Shown here one piece after another: positions 14,849-23,974 of a stretch of 26,825 nt of DNA (the stretch's first letter is position 1; every line of letters begins with the position of its first letter). Both the position numbers and the translations under genes were made by a program. A model generated the notes under the pieces. It was not told the origin of the DNA, ran no database searches, and worked only from the letters and a program-made list of their open reading frames with translations. This stretch comes from a virus (taxonomy: Duplodnaviria; Caudoviricetes), in IMG/VR virus record IMGVR_UViG_3300032218_002454, positions 1 through 26,825 of that record, one strand, 5' to 3'.

Positions 14849-15637
14849 ATGGAATTTTGTATTAATGAATTGGGTAATAATGGACATTTGGGAAATCAAA
14901 TGTTCCAATATTCCTTTATAAAAGCACTTGCAAGAAAACATAATGCAAATTTTTGTATACCACCAAAAGAAGTATTTGGTAAATTTTATTATCAAAAACT
15001 TTTTAGTAATATAGATGAATGTTTTGATATTAAATGTAATAGGGAAATGAAACAATACCCAAGCATTAGAGAAAAATTCTTTCACTATGATCAAGATTTA
15101 GTTAATAATATAGATGGTAATTATAATTTTGTTGGATTTTTTCAATCTGAAAAATATTTTAAAGATATAGAACACGAATTGCGTTCTGTTGATTTTATTT
15201 TTAAAGAAAATATTCAGGAAGAATGTCGGGAAATAGTTGAAGAATATATGGGATCAATAGCACTTCATATTCGCCGTAATGATTTCGTAACAAATCCAAA
15301 TCATCCTGTACAAAGTAATCAGTATTATATTGATGCTCTTAAACAATTTCCTCAAGATTTACCTGTTCTTGTTTTTTCTGATGATATTGAATGGTGTAAA
15401 AAGCAAGAAATGTTTTCGGATGATAGATTTTTAATATCAGAAACAGAAAATGCTTATTTTGATTTGTATATTATGAGTCGGTGTGATTATCATATTATTT
15501 GCAATAGTACCTTTAGTTGGTGGGGTGCATGGTTAGCAGATAGCAAAAATGTGATTGCTCCCAAAAATTGGTTTTCTGGTGATTGTATAGAACATGATAC
15601 TAAAGATTTATACTTACCTGATTGGAAATTGCTATGA
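14849..15637 (+). CDS. GT11 alpha-1,2-fucosyltransferase-like glycosyltransferase
   Basis: GHLGNQMFQY, GFFQSEKYF, LHIRRNDF, FSDDIEWCK and NSTFSWWGAWL. Confidence 0.93.
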   Translation: MEFCINELGNNGHLGNQMFQYSFIKALARKHNANFCIPPKEVFGKFYYQKLFSNIDECFDIKCNREMKQYPSIREKFFHYDQDLVNNIDGNYNFVGFFQSEKYFKDIEHELRSVDFIFKENIQEECREIVEEYMGSIALHIRRNDFVTNPNHPVQSNQYYIDALKQFPQDLPVLVFSDDIEWCKKQEMFSDDRFLISETENAYFDLYIMSRCDYHIICNSTFSWWGAWLADSKNVIAPKNWFSGDCIEHDTKDLYLPDWKLL

Positions 15638-16404
15638 TTTTTTATGTTTATTTGATGGGTGGTTTGGGAAATCAGATGTTTCAATATGCTGCTGGTTTGT
15701 CTGCTTTAAAGGAATATTCTCAATTTACTAATTTTAAGTTAGATACTAGTTTTTATAATGGGCAAGAAAGAAAAGTAATTGTTAATGGATTAACTGGTAG
15801 AGGATATGATTTAGATTTATTTAATATAAAATATGATGAAATTGAAGAGTCTCCAGAAGGTGAATTGATGCTTCAAGGATATTTTCAAAACGTATCAGAA
15901 TTTGAAAACGTTATTGATGAGGTAAAAGACCAGTTTACTTTTAAAAATTCTTTTCCTGAAAATATACAAAACTTATCTTCGCAGATTGAAAAAATAGAAA
16001 GTAGTGTATGTCTTCATGTTAGAAGATCTGATTATGTTAATAATCCAAAAGCAAATGCAGTTCATGGTGTTATTGGAATTGAATATTACAATACTGCTAT
16101 GGAACTTATTCAATTAAAATATAAAAATCCAGTTTATTATGTTTTTTCTGATGATATTGAATGGTGTAAAGATAATTTAAAATCTGATTATGAAATGCAT
16201 TTTGTTGGAGATGATTATTCTGGTGATAGGGATAGTGGACATTTATTTTTAATGCAAATGTGCAAAAATCATATTATCGCTAATAGTTCTTTTAGTTGGT
16301 GGGCAGCATTTTTATCAGAATCAAATTGCACTATAGCTCCTAAAAAATGGAGAACTGATAATACTGGATGTGATATAATATTGGATAACTGGATAAAATT
16401 ATGA
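15634..16404 (+). CDS. Second GT11 alpha-1,2-fucosyltransferase-like glycosyltransferase
   Basis: GGLGNQMFQY, GYFQ, LHVRRSDY, FSDDIEWCK and ANSSFSWWAAFL. Confidence 0.93.
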   Translation: MIFYVYLMGGLGNQMFQYAAGLSALKEYSQFTNFKLDTSFYNGQERKVIVNGLTGRGYDLDLFNIKYDEIEESPEGELMLQGYFQNVSEFENVIDEVKDQFTFKNSFPENIQNLSSQIEKIESSVCLHVRRSDYVNNPKANAVHGVIGIEYYNTAMELIQLKYKNPVYYVFSDDIEWCKDNLKSDYEMHFVGDDYSGDRDSGHLFLMQMCKNHIIANSSFSWWAAFLSESNCTIAPKKWRTDNTGCDIILDNWIKL

Positions 16405-17279
16405 TCAGAGTTGCTGAAGTTCCAGATAAATTTCTTTCAAAAATGCCAATTGAATATCCCCCACATCAAGGATATAATCCTATGATTGAAGAAAGGGCAT
16501 ATTCTTTCTTTACAACAAAACAAGATCTGCAATCTGAATACATTTATATACCAATTCAATGGACTTCTTGGCATATTGAAAATGGATTTGGTAAAAATGT
16601 CCAACCACTTATTGATTTTTGTAATCAACTTATTCAAAATCATCCAAACGAAAAGTTTTTTACTATTGTTCAATATGATGGCGGCACATTAATTCCTATT
16701 GATAATTGTAAAATATTTGCCTCTTCTGGAAATTTTAGTTCTCCTAATGGTAAAAATTCTTCTTATGAACCTATTCCACTTTTATGCGATTCTCATGATG
16801 CAACTCTAAATGAAATTAGAAAATATAAAGTTGGATATGCTGGAAAGGATACTCATCCAATTAGAGTTAAAATGAATCAACTTTTAGCACATCTACCTGA
16901 TTATAAATTTGCGGTTAATCTTGATCATAATAGAACTGAGATCTTTCGTGAGATTCTATATAATTCAGTATTTGCTCTTTCTCCAAGAGGATTTGGTCCT
17001 GCTTCATTCCGAATGTATGAAGCAATTCAGATGAAGTGCATCCCCATTTACATTAGTGATGTTTTTTGGTTGCCATTTGTAGATGATATTGAATGGAATA
17101 AAATGTGCTTATTAATTAAAGAAGATGAAATTGAAACTATTCCAGAACAAGTCGATGCTTTAATCGAAAATAAACAGTATCAACAGATGATTAATTATGG
17201 GCAGGAAATCTATCAAAAATATTTGACCTGGGATGGATGTTTAAATACTATAGCGAAAAAAATTTCAAATTATGATTGA
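16401..17279 (+). CDS. Exostosin-family (GT47-like) glycosyltransferase
   Basis: SVFALSPRGFGPASFRMYEAIQMKCIPIYISD...LPF. Confidence 0.85.
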   Translation: MIRVAEVPDKFLSKMPIEYPPHQGYNPMIEERAYSFFTTKQDLQSEYIYIPIQWTSWHIENGFGKNVQPLIDFCNQLIQNHPNEKFFTIVQYDGGTLIPIDNCKIFASSGNFSSPNGKNSSYEPIPLLCDSHDATLNEIRKYKVGYAGKDTHPIRVKMNQLLAHLPDYKFAVNLDHNRTEIFREILYNSVFALSPRGFGPASFRMYEAIQMKCIPIYISDVFWLPFVDDIEWNKMCLLIKEDEIETIPEQVDALIENKQYQQMINYGQEIYQKYLTWDGCLNTIAKKISNYD

Positions 17280-18021
17280 TAAAATTTCTTTGACAATTCC
17301 ATTTTATAATACCTCTAAATATTTTTTAGATTGTATTAGATACTCTATTGACGATGATTTTGTATCTGAAATAATAGTAAATGATGATCAATCTAGTGAA
17401 GAAGAATGGAATAATCTCAATACTATTGTTTCTGAATTAAATAATCCCAAAATAAAATTATATAGAAACCCAATAAATCTTGGCGGATTTAAAAACAAAT
17501 ATAAAACAGTTAAAAAAGCAACTACGGAATGGGTTTATCTTTTAGATAGTGATAATTATCCAAATAATGATTCTTTAAATTTAATTAAAAATATTCAAGA
17601 TGCCGATAATAATATTTGTTATTGTCCAGAAACTTTGGTAATGTTTAGAAATACTGAAGATATTGTAAGGCAGGTTGATTATAAGTATTCTTATGATAAA
17701 ATAGGTTGTAGGGAATCAAAAGAAGCTATAAATTCAAGATTGCCAGAGTTTCCTATGTTTTTAAATACTGGCAATTATGTAGTCAATAGAGACAATTATC
17801 TTTCTAGGATGTATGATGCATATTGTAATCAAGAAACTTCTGCCGCAGATTGTATAGCATTTCAATACAATTGGATGGTAAATGGTGGATATTCTAAAAT
17901 AATTCCTGGTTTTAAATATTTTCATAGATTAAGGAATGATAGTTACTGGATGACTTCTGGACATATGGCTCCTACCAAAGCTTCGTATTATGAAGCTTTA
18001 TTTGCTAATATTCAATTATAA
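17272..18021 (+). CDS. GT2-family glycosyltransferase
   Basis: ISLTIPFYN, EIIVNDDQS, NLG...NK and YLLDSD. Confidence 0.85.
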   Translation: MIDKISLTIPFYNTSKYFLDCIRYSIDDDFVSEIIVNDDQSSEEEWNNLNTIVSELNNPKIKLYRNPINLGGFKNKYKTVKKATTEWVYLLDSDNYPNNDSLNLIKNIQDADNNICYCPETLVMFRNTEDIVRQVDYKYSYDKIGCRESKEAINSRLPEFPMFLNTGNYVVNRDNYLSRMYDAYCNQETSAADCIAFQYNWMVNGGYSKIIPGFKYFHRLRNDSYWMTSGHMAPTKASYYEALFANIQL

Positions 18022-18025
18022 AAAT

Positions 18026-18640
18026 ATGCTTTTAAATTTTACACAATTAAGAAAAAAATACTTCATGGATGTTAAGGGTGTAATCCATGTGGGTGCTCAT
18101 TATGGCGAAGAAGTAGGTGAATATGTCAAAAATGGCATTCAAGAAATTATTTTATTTGAACCATTGAGTGAATGCTTTGATATTCTTCAAAAAAAAATAT
18201 TTGATTTAAATGCTAATATTGAAGGACATCAAGTTGCATTAGGATCTTCTCCTGGTACTGCAATCATGTATTTAAGTGATAATCAAAAACAAAGTAGTTC
18301 CATATTAAAACCAAAAGTTCATCTAACTCATCACCCTCATGTTAAGTTTGATGGAACAGAAGAAGTTGAAGTTGACTTACTTGATAATTTTGATACAAAG
18401 GATTATAATTTTCTTAACATGGACGTTCAGGGATATGAACTGGAAGTTCTTAAGGGTGCTACAGAAACTCTGAAGCATGTTGATTATGTTTATTGTGAAG
18501 TAAATCGTGATGAAGTATATGAAAATAATGCATATGTTGAAGAAATTGATGAGTTTCTTTTAACTTATGGGATGGAGAGGGTAGAAACTAGTTGGGTTGG
18601 CGAAATTTGGGGTGATGCACTTTACATTAAAAGAAAATGA
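18026..18640 (+). CDS. FkbM-family SAM methyltransferase
   Basis: IHVGAHYGEE, FEP, MDVQGYELEVLKGA and WGDALY. The start is moved to ATG 18026. Confidence 0.9.
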   Translation: MLLNFTQLRKKYFMDVKGVIHVGAHYGEEVGEYVKNGIQEIILFEPLSECFDILQKKIFDLNANIEGHQVALGSSPGTAIMYLSDNQKQSSSILKPKVHLTHHPHVKFDGTEEVEVDLLDNFDTKDYNFLNMDVQGYELEVLKGATETLKHVDYVYCEVNRDEVYENNAYVEEIDEFLLTYGMERVETSWVGEIWGDALYIKRK

Positions 18641-19329
18641 AAATCTGTATTTTAACAATTGCAACAAATAAGTATATTCAATTTATTGAAAGATTACTTG
18701 ATAATATTGAGGAAAACTTCTTGCCTGGGCATGATATTGAGTGCCTACTTTTTACAGATCATGAAGTAGAAGCATCTGATAATATAAGAGTTTGTCAGAT
18801 TGAACATGAACCTTGGCCGATGCCTACTTTAAAAAGATATAACTACTTTGTAAAAGAAAAAGAGTTTATTTCTCAGTTTGATTATTGTTTTTATTTTGAT
18901 GTAGATATGGGTCTTGTTGATAAAGTTGGTGATGAGATTCTTAGTGATCTTGTTGCTACTATGCATCCTTATCAGTCTTTTTATCCTAAGGAACAGAAAT
19001 CTTATGATAGGAATCCACAATCTCTAGCATATGTTCCTCTGGGTGAAGAAGGTGAGTATTACTATGCTGGGGGATTTAATGGTGGATCTACCAAAGAGTT
19101 TCTTAAGATGTCTGAGGTGATTTCTGATCGAGTTAATAAAGATCTTGAGAATGGAGTTATTGCTCTTTGGCATGACGAATCACACATGAACCGCTACTTG
19201 ATTGATAATCCACCAACTCTTAGTTTAACTCCATCTTATTGTTTTGCTGAAGAGTTTATTGGAACGGATTATCCATATGAACCTAAAATTATTGCTTTAA
19301 AGAAGAATCATAATGAACTTAGATCTTAG
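18637..19329 (+). CDS. GT6-family alpha-1,3-GalNAc/Gal transferase (ABO-like)
   Basis: IAT.KY, WP..TLKRY, FDVDM (DxD), HP, YDRNPQSLAYVP, YYAGGFNGG, DL.NG.IA.WHDESHMNRY and K.H..LR. Confidence 0.93.
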   Translation: MKICILTIATNKYIQFIERLLDNIEENFLPGHDIECLLFTDHEVEASDNIRVCQIEHEPWPMPTLKRYNYFVKEKEFISQFDYCFYFDVDMGLVDKVGDEILSDLVATMHPYQSFYPKEQKSYDRNPQSLAYVPLGEEGEYYYAGGFNGGSTKEFLKMSEVISDRVNKDLENGVIALWHDESHMNRYLIDNPPTLSLTPSYCFAEEFIGTDYPYEPKIIALKKNHNELRS

Positions 19330-19957
19330 AGAAATTCCTGCTGTTTATATGAATCTTGAACAGCATACTGAAAAAAATGAGAATATGCAAAAGATTCTTA
19401 AAGAATGTGGATTTAAAAATATCATTCGTGTAGAGGGTGTTGCACGTCCAAATAATCCAGTTGCTGGATGTTCTGCTGCACACTACAAAGGACTTTGTGA
19501 AATTGATCCACCTTTTATTCTTTTTGAAGATGATTGTATGATTAAAAACTTCCGTCCAGAGATTGAAGTTCCTGATGATGCTGATGCAGTTTATCTTGGC
19601 ATTTCATCTTGGGGAAGAATGAATGGTCATTCTGGACCTTATGTTCAATATGAAAAAGTAAAGGATGATCTTTATCGCGTATATAATATGTTGAGTGGTC
19701 ATTCTGTCTTGTATTTGACTGATGAATATGTTAGAATGTGCCAAAGAATTACATACCATGCTGGATATGTAATTGAAGATTATCAAGATATTGGATTTGC
19801 GGAAATTCAACGTTGGTTTAATGTTTATGCTTTTGACGATCCATTCTTCTATCAAACTAGTGGATATCATGGAACTGTGAATCCTTTAACTAGTTATCCA
19901 ACAGAAGAATGTTTTAACTATAACAAAAACTATTTTTTACCTGAAAGGATTGTATGA
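19313..19957 (+). CDS. GT25-like glycosyltransferase
   Basis: YMNL, RVEGV, GCSAAH, ILFEDD and VYLG. Confidence 0.7.
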   Translation: MNLDLREIPAVYMNLEQHTEKNENMQKILKECGFKNIIRVEGVARPNNPVAGCSAAHYKGLCEIDPPFILFEDDCMIKNFRPEIEVPDDADAVYLGISSWGRMNGHSGPYVQYEKVKDDLYRVYNMLSGHSVLYLTDEYVRMCQRITYHAGYVIEDYQDIGFAEIQRWFNVYAFDDPFFYQTSGYHGTVNPLTSYPTEECFNYNKNYFLPERIV

Positions 19958-20853
19958 CTAAATCACTTGTTACTGGAGGTGCTGGATTTATTGGATCCAA
20001 CCTTGTAGATCGTTTACTAGAACTTGGGCATGAAGTTGTGGTAATCGATAATGAATATTCCGATGCTCATGATCATTTTTATTGGAACGATAAAGCGCAA
20101 AACTATAAGTATGATATTCGTGATTATGAGAATACTCGCCCACTCTACGATGGTGTAGATTATGTATTTCACTTTGCTGCGGAAGCACGTATTCAACCTG
20201 CTATCCACAATCCTATTGAAGCAGTAAGTATCAACTCTGTTGGTACAGTAACAGTTCTACAATGCTCTCGTGAGGCAGGTGTGAAGAAAGTTATGTATTC
20301 TTCAACTTCTTCTGCATATGGGAAAAATGAACCTCCCAATATTGAAACCCAACCTGATGATTGTTTGAATCCTTATTCGGTATCCAAAGTTAATGGTGAA
20401 AAACTTTGTAGAATGTATACCGAATTGTATGGATTAAGAACGGTTATCTTTAGGTATTTTAATGTTTATGGAGAACGCCAACCTCTTCGGGGTCAGTATG
20501 CTCCTGTGATTGGTATTTTCCTTCGTCAACGTGCAGCAGGTGAACCATTAACTATTATTGGTGATGGGCATCAACGTAGAGATTTTACTTACGTTGGAGA
20601 TGTATGTCAGGCAAATATTTTAGCAGCAACTACTGATATTGATAATGAACTTTACGGACAAGTTTATAATGTCGGAACAGGAACTAATTATTCAATTAGG
20701 CAAGTTTCTAAAATAATTTCTAATGATACTGTGCATATTGCTCCTCGCCCTGGTGAAACTCGTTTAAGTTTGGCAAATAATCAAAAACTTCGTAAAACTT
20801 TTGGTTGGGAACCAACCATGAAACTTGAAGATTGGATTGCATCACATTTATGA
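19954..20853 (+). CDS. NAD-dependent nucleotide-sugar epimerase (GalE/WbpP-like)
   Basis: TGGAGFIGS, YSSTSSAYG, PYSVSK, RYFNVYG.RQ, Y..VI and GDG.Q.RDFTYV. Confidence 0.9.
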   Translation: MTKSLVTGGAGFIGSNLVDRLLELGHEVVVIDNEYSDAHDHFYWNDKAQNYKYDIRDYENTRPLYDGVDYVFHFAAEARIQPAIHNPIEAVSINSVGTVTVLQCSREAGVKKVMYSSTSSAYGKNEPPNIETQPDDCLNPYSVSKVNGEKLCRMYTELYGLRTVIFRYFNVYGERQPLRGQYAPVIGIFLRQRAAGEPLTIIGDGHQRRDFTYVGDVCQANILAATTDIDNELYGQVYNVGTGTNYSIRQVSKIISNDTVHIAPRPGETRLSLANNQKLRKTFGWEPTMKLEDWIASHL

Positions 20854-21608
20854 TTCACATTTTTACTTCAGTTGTTAATCGTCCAGATTTTATCATCCTT
20901 CAAAATAAACTTTTTAATAAGTTTTTGGAGGATGATTATGAGTTTCATATTGTAGATGATTCTATAGATTCAAATATTACTGAGCAGATTCAAACTCTTT
21001 GTAATGAAAACTCCCTACATTACTATAGGAAACCTACAAGAACAGTTCAGATGAATCCTGGACAAGCTTGTGCAGATACTGTTCAGTGGACTTACGATAA
21101 TATTATCAAAACAGATTTTCAGAATGAGTGTGTATTCTTTTGCGATTCAGATATGTTTTTGATTGATGATTTTAATATCTCTGAATTTATTGAAGATTCT
21201 GTAATTTGTGGACTACCGCAGTATAGGGGAAATGTAACCTATATGTGGAATGGTATTATGTTTTTTAACATGCCCAAGATTAGAGAGATTGATTTGGATA
21301 TTGATTTTTCCGATGGATATGTTGAAGGACAACTTACGGATGTTGGTGGACATACTTATTATTATTTCAAAAAGAATAATATTTTGATGAAAGAAACTGA
21401 TGTTCAGTATCCAACACATTATGATGATATTGAACTCCAAAATGAGGAAGTAACTAGAGGTTATAACTTTGAGTTACATTTAGATGGTAAGTTTCTTCAC
21501 TATCGTGCCGCTACTAACTGGCATTCCAATTGGAGAGACTCTAATGATCCTTTAGTTAAAAAAACTGAAATCTTTAATCGCATGATGGGAAATATTTTAA
21601 ATGAATAG
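20850..21608 (+). CDS. Putative GT-A fold glycosyltransferase
   Basis: IVDDS, FFCDSDMFL (DxD), TDVGG and FLHYR..TNW, inside the glycan operon. The start is moved to ATG 20850. Confidence 0.6.
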   Translation: MIHIFTSVVNRPDFIILQNKLFNKFLEDDYEFHIVDDSIDSNITEQIQTLCNENSLHYYRKPTRTVQMNPGQACADTVQWTYDNIIKTDFQNECVFFCDSDMFLIDDFNISEFIEDSVICGLPQYRGNVTYMWNGIMFFNMPKIREIDLDIDFSDGYVEGQLTDVGGHTYYYFKKNNILMKETDVQYPTHYDDIELQNEEVTRGYNFELHLDGKFLHYRAATNWHSNWRDSNDPLVKKTEIFNRMMGNILNE

Positions 21609-22377
21609 TATACCAACAGTTGTTAAAGCGCAGGGATTGTGTAATAGAATCAAAACTTACATGAGTCTTCTTTGCGTATATGATCGGGTTAATACTGAGG
21701 TCTATGCAGATTCTTATATATTTCCATCGATTCAATATGAACAAAATCCCATTAATAAAATGTGTGGATGGAGATTGGAGGTTTTGACAGAAGAGGAAAA
21801 ATATATTGAAAAATATAAAACAATAGATTTTTTATATAACAATACTCCACAATATTTTATTGAAAAATATTTAAATGTACTTAATAGAATTAAGATTAAT
21901 CCTGATATTTTAGAATATGTTAATCAATTTTTAGATGATTGGAATGATGTAATTGGTGTTCATATTAGAAGTTGGTGGAGTTCTGGTATGCCGAGGAATA
22001 GTTGGCACGATAATAAATTATTTGAAAATGAAATTGATAAATTTGATTCTACTAAAAAAATATTTTTGTGTAGTGATAATGATGATGTAATAGAACATTT
22101 TAAGAAAAAATATGGTGAAAGAATAATAGTTCATGATCAAATAATGCATCAAAAAAAATGTAATGTTTTTGGATTTCATCACGATGATGTTCAATTAGTA
22201 ACCGATGGATTTATTGATTGTATGTTGTTGTCGAAATGTGATACAATTATAGGTACATGGGGTAGTACATTTACTGAAGTTGCTTGGTGGTTAGGTAAAT
22301 GCACATCAAATGTGATTATACCCAAATCTCCAAACATATCTAAAAAAGATGAGGAAGAATTTTTTACATTAAAATGA
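21601..22377 (+). CDS. NodZ/FUT8/POFUT-like GDP-deoxysugar transferase (GT23-like)
   Basis: GLCNR, GVHIR, FLCSDN and D..LLSKCD.IIGT.GSTF. Confidence 0.75.
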   Translation: MNSIPTVVKAQGLCNRIKTYMSLLCVYDRVNTEVYADSYIFPSIQYEQNPINKMCGWRLEVLTEEEKYIEKYKTIDFLYNNTPQYFIEKYLNVLNRIKINPDILEYVNQFLDDWNDVIGVHIRSWWSSGMPRNSWHDNKLFENEIDKFDSTKKIFLCSDNDDVIEHFKKKYGERIIVHDQIMHQKKCNVFGFHHDDVQLVTDGFIDCMLLSKCDTIIGTWGSTFTEVAWWLGKCTSNVIIPKSPNISKKDEEEFFTLK

Positions 22378-22380
22378 AAC

Positions 22381-23172
22381 ATGGATAAAAATAAATCAAC
22401 TTACAAACTTAAAGGTCTTCCTTCCATTTATTATTTGAATCTTGATGGGCAACCAGAAAGAGCAGAATACATGGAAAGTCAGTTTAAACATTGGGAAATT
22501 GAAGATTATACACGCATCTCTGCATATGATGGAAGAGACGATGATCTTAGTGATATTATAAAAGGTCGATATCCAAATATGATGAATTCTGGAGAAGTTG
22601 GATGTACAACTTCCCATCTAAAAGCACTTAAATACTTTTTAGAAAATTCTGATTCTCCATGTGCATTAATAATGGAAGATGATTGTGATTTGGATACTGT
22701 AAAACATTGGGGATTTAATTGGAAAGATTTTTATTGCAAAATTCCTTATGATTATGATGTAATTCAATTGGCTATAATTAATCCTGCTCAAATACATATG
22801 AAATTACATCGTAGATTTGTGAATGATTTTTCTACCGCATGTTATTTGATCACTAGACATCATGCTCAAAAACTTATCAATCTTCATGTTCGTGGAGAAA
22901 AATATAAGTTAGATAATGGTGTTAAACCCAGAGCAGTTGCTGACGATTTAATTTATAATTCTGGAAATACATTTTCAATTCCCCTGTTCATGTATAAGAT
23001 TGAATTAGGATCTTCCATTCATAAAGATCACATAGATGCTTTTCATAAAAGTAGTTATGATGGATTATGGCAATTTTGGAAAAATGAATCATCTGATGTT
23101 TCAGACTGGAGTTCAATATTTGATTATGATCCTTATTTTGGAACTCTTCCTCCTGGATGGGAAGGCAAATAG
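22381..23172 (+). CDS. GT25-family glycosyltransferase
   Basis: YLNLD...R, RISAYDG, GEVGC..SHL.A, LIMEDD and STACYLI...AQKL. Confidence 0.88.
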   Translation: MDKNKSTYKLKGLPSIYYLNLDGQPERAEYMESQFKHWEIEDYTRISAYDGRDDDLSDIIKGRYPNMMNSGEVGCTTSHLKALKYFLENSDSPCALIMEDDCDLDTVKHWGFNWKDFYCKIPYDYDVIQLAIINPAQIHMKLHRRFVNDFSTACYLITRHHAQKLINLHVRGEKYKLDNGVKPRAVADDLIYNSGNTFSIPLFMYKIELGSSIHKDHIDAFHKSSYDGLWQFWKNESSDVSDWSSIFDYDPYFGTLPPGWEGK

Positions 23173-23175
23173 GGC

Positions 23176-23222
23176 TTGACAAACCTTTATATTTCCTATA
23201 TAATTGTGTAACAATTCGTAAT
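23176..23222 (+). promoter_or_regulatory. Sigma70 promoter of hli followed by an HLR1-like site
   Basis: TTGACA (23176-23181), 17 bp, TATAAT (23199-23204). The minus strand of 23205-23222 reads ATTACGAA-TT-GTTACACA. Confidence 0.75.
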
Positions 23223-23233
23223 AAAACGAAAAA

Positions 23234-23443
23234 ATGACTGTAACGACGAATGAGTTCGGGCAACAAAACATGTTTGCTAAAGAACCTAAAATGTATGTGT
23301 CCCAAAGTGACGCAGAACGTTATGCACTTCAAACTCATGCAGAACGTGCTGAACTTTTGAATGGACGTACTGCGATGCTTGGATTTGTCGCAGCACTTAT
23401 CTCTTATGCATTTACTGGACACCTCTTCTTTGGTGTAGTATAA
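23234..23443 (+). CDS. hli: High-light inducible protein
   Basis: NMFAKEP and AELLNGRTAMLGFVAAL.SY..TG. Confidence 0.95.
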   Translation: MTVTTNEFGQQNMFAKEPKMYVSQSDAERYALQTHAERAELLNGRTAMLGFVAALISYAFTGHLFFGVV

Positions 23444-23529
23444 TGGGAGAAGCAATTTTTACTGTTACCAGTATTGCTTTCTTTGTGCTTCTTGCACATT
23501 CTGTCAATCAACTTTCCGAAACTTATTAA
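23443..23529 (+). CDS. 28-aa single-TM peptide (not in the ORF track)
   Basis: MGEAIFTVTSIAFFVLLAHSVNQLSETY, coupled to the hli stop by TAATG. Confidence 0.6.
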   Translation: MGEAIFTVTSIAFFVLLAHSVNQLSETY

Positions 23530-23540
23530 GGAGAAAAACA

Positions 23541-23648
23541 ATGAACGATCGCGCAGAACGTATTAATGGTTGGTTTGCTATGATTGGAATTGTGGCTGCT
23601 ATGGGTGCATATGCCCTTACAGGTCAGGTAATTCCTGGAGTATGGTGA
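23541..23648 (+). CDS. hli: Short high-light inducible protein (35 aa, not in the ORF track)
   Basis: AAGGAG RBS; MNDRAERINGWFAMIGIVAAMGAYALTGQVIPGVW, with the TGQxIPG C-terminal motif. Confidence 0.93.
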   Translation: MNDRAERINGWFAMIGIVAAMGAYALTGQVIPGVW

Positions 23649-23677
23649 GTCCCTAACACAAATAAGCATTCATACTT

Positions 23678-23710
23678 ATCCTCACTCTAAATATGGGTGA
23701 GGATTTTTTT
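23678..23710 (+). terminator. Intrinsic terminator with TAAATA in the loop
   Basis: ATCCTCACTC-TAAATAT-GGGTGAGGAT followed by a T run. Confidence 0.85.
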
Positions 23711-23715
23711 ATTTT

Positions 23716-23877
23716 ATGCCTAGAAACGAACTTTCAAAAGAAGAAATTAGGTGTCATGTGGAGAAGCTAAAGGAACAGTTATATAAGGAACAGATTGGTT
23801 ATACATCAGATCCAAAAGGATTGGCACACAAATATCTTAATCAAGTTTTAGATAAGATTCAGGAATATTATAGATGA
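23716..23877 (+). CDS. Small hypothetical protein (53 aa, not in the ORF track)
   Basis: MPRNELSKEEIRCHVEKLK...AHKYLNQVLDKIQEYYR. Confidence 0.7.
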   Translation: MPRNELSKEEIRCHVEKLKEQLYKEQIGYTSDPKGLAHKYLNQVLDKIQEYYR

Positions 23878-23974
23878 TATATTATTCTTTTTTAGTTTAT
23901 TTTGTTTTAGGTGTATCTTTAATTATAATAAAAGCATCATTATCTAAATAGGATAGTGTTATAAATGAGGTAAA

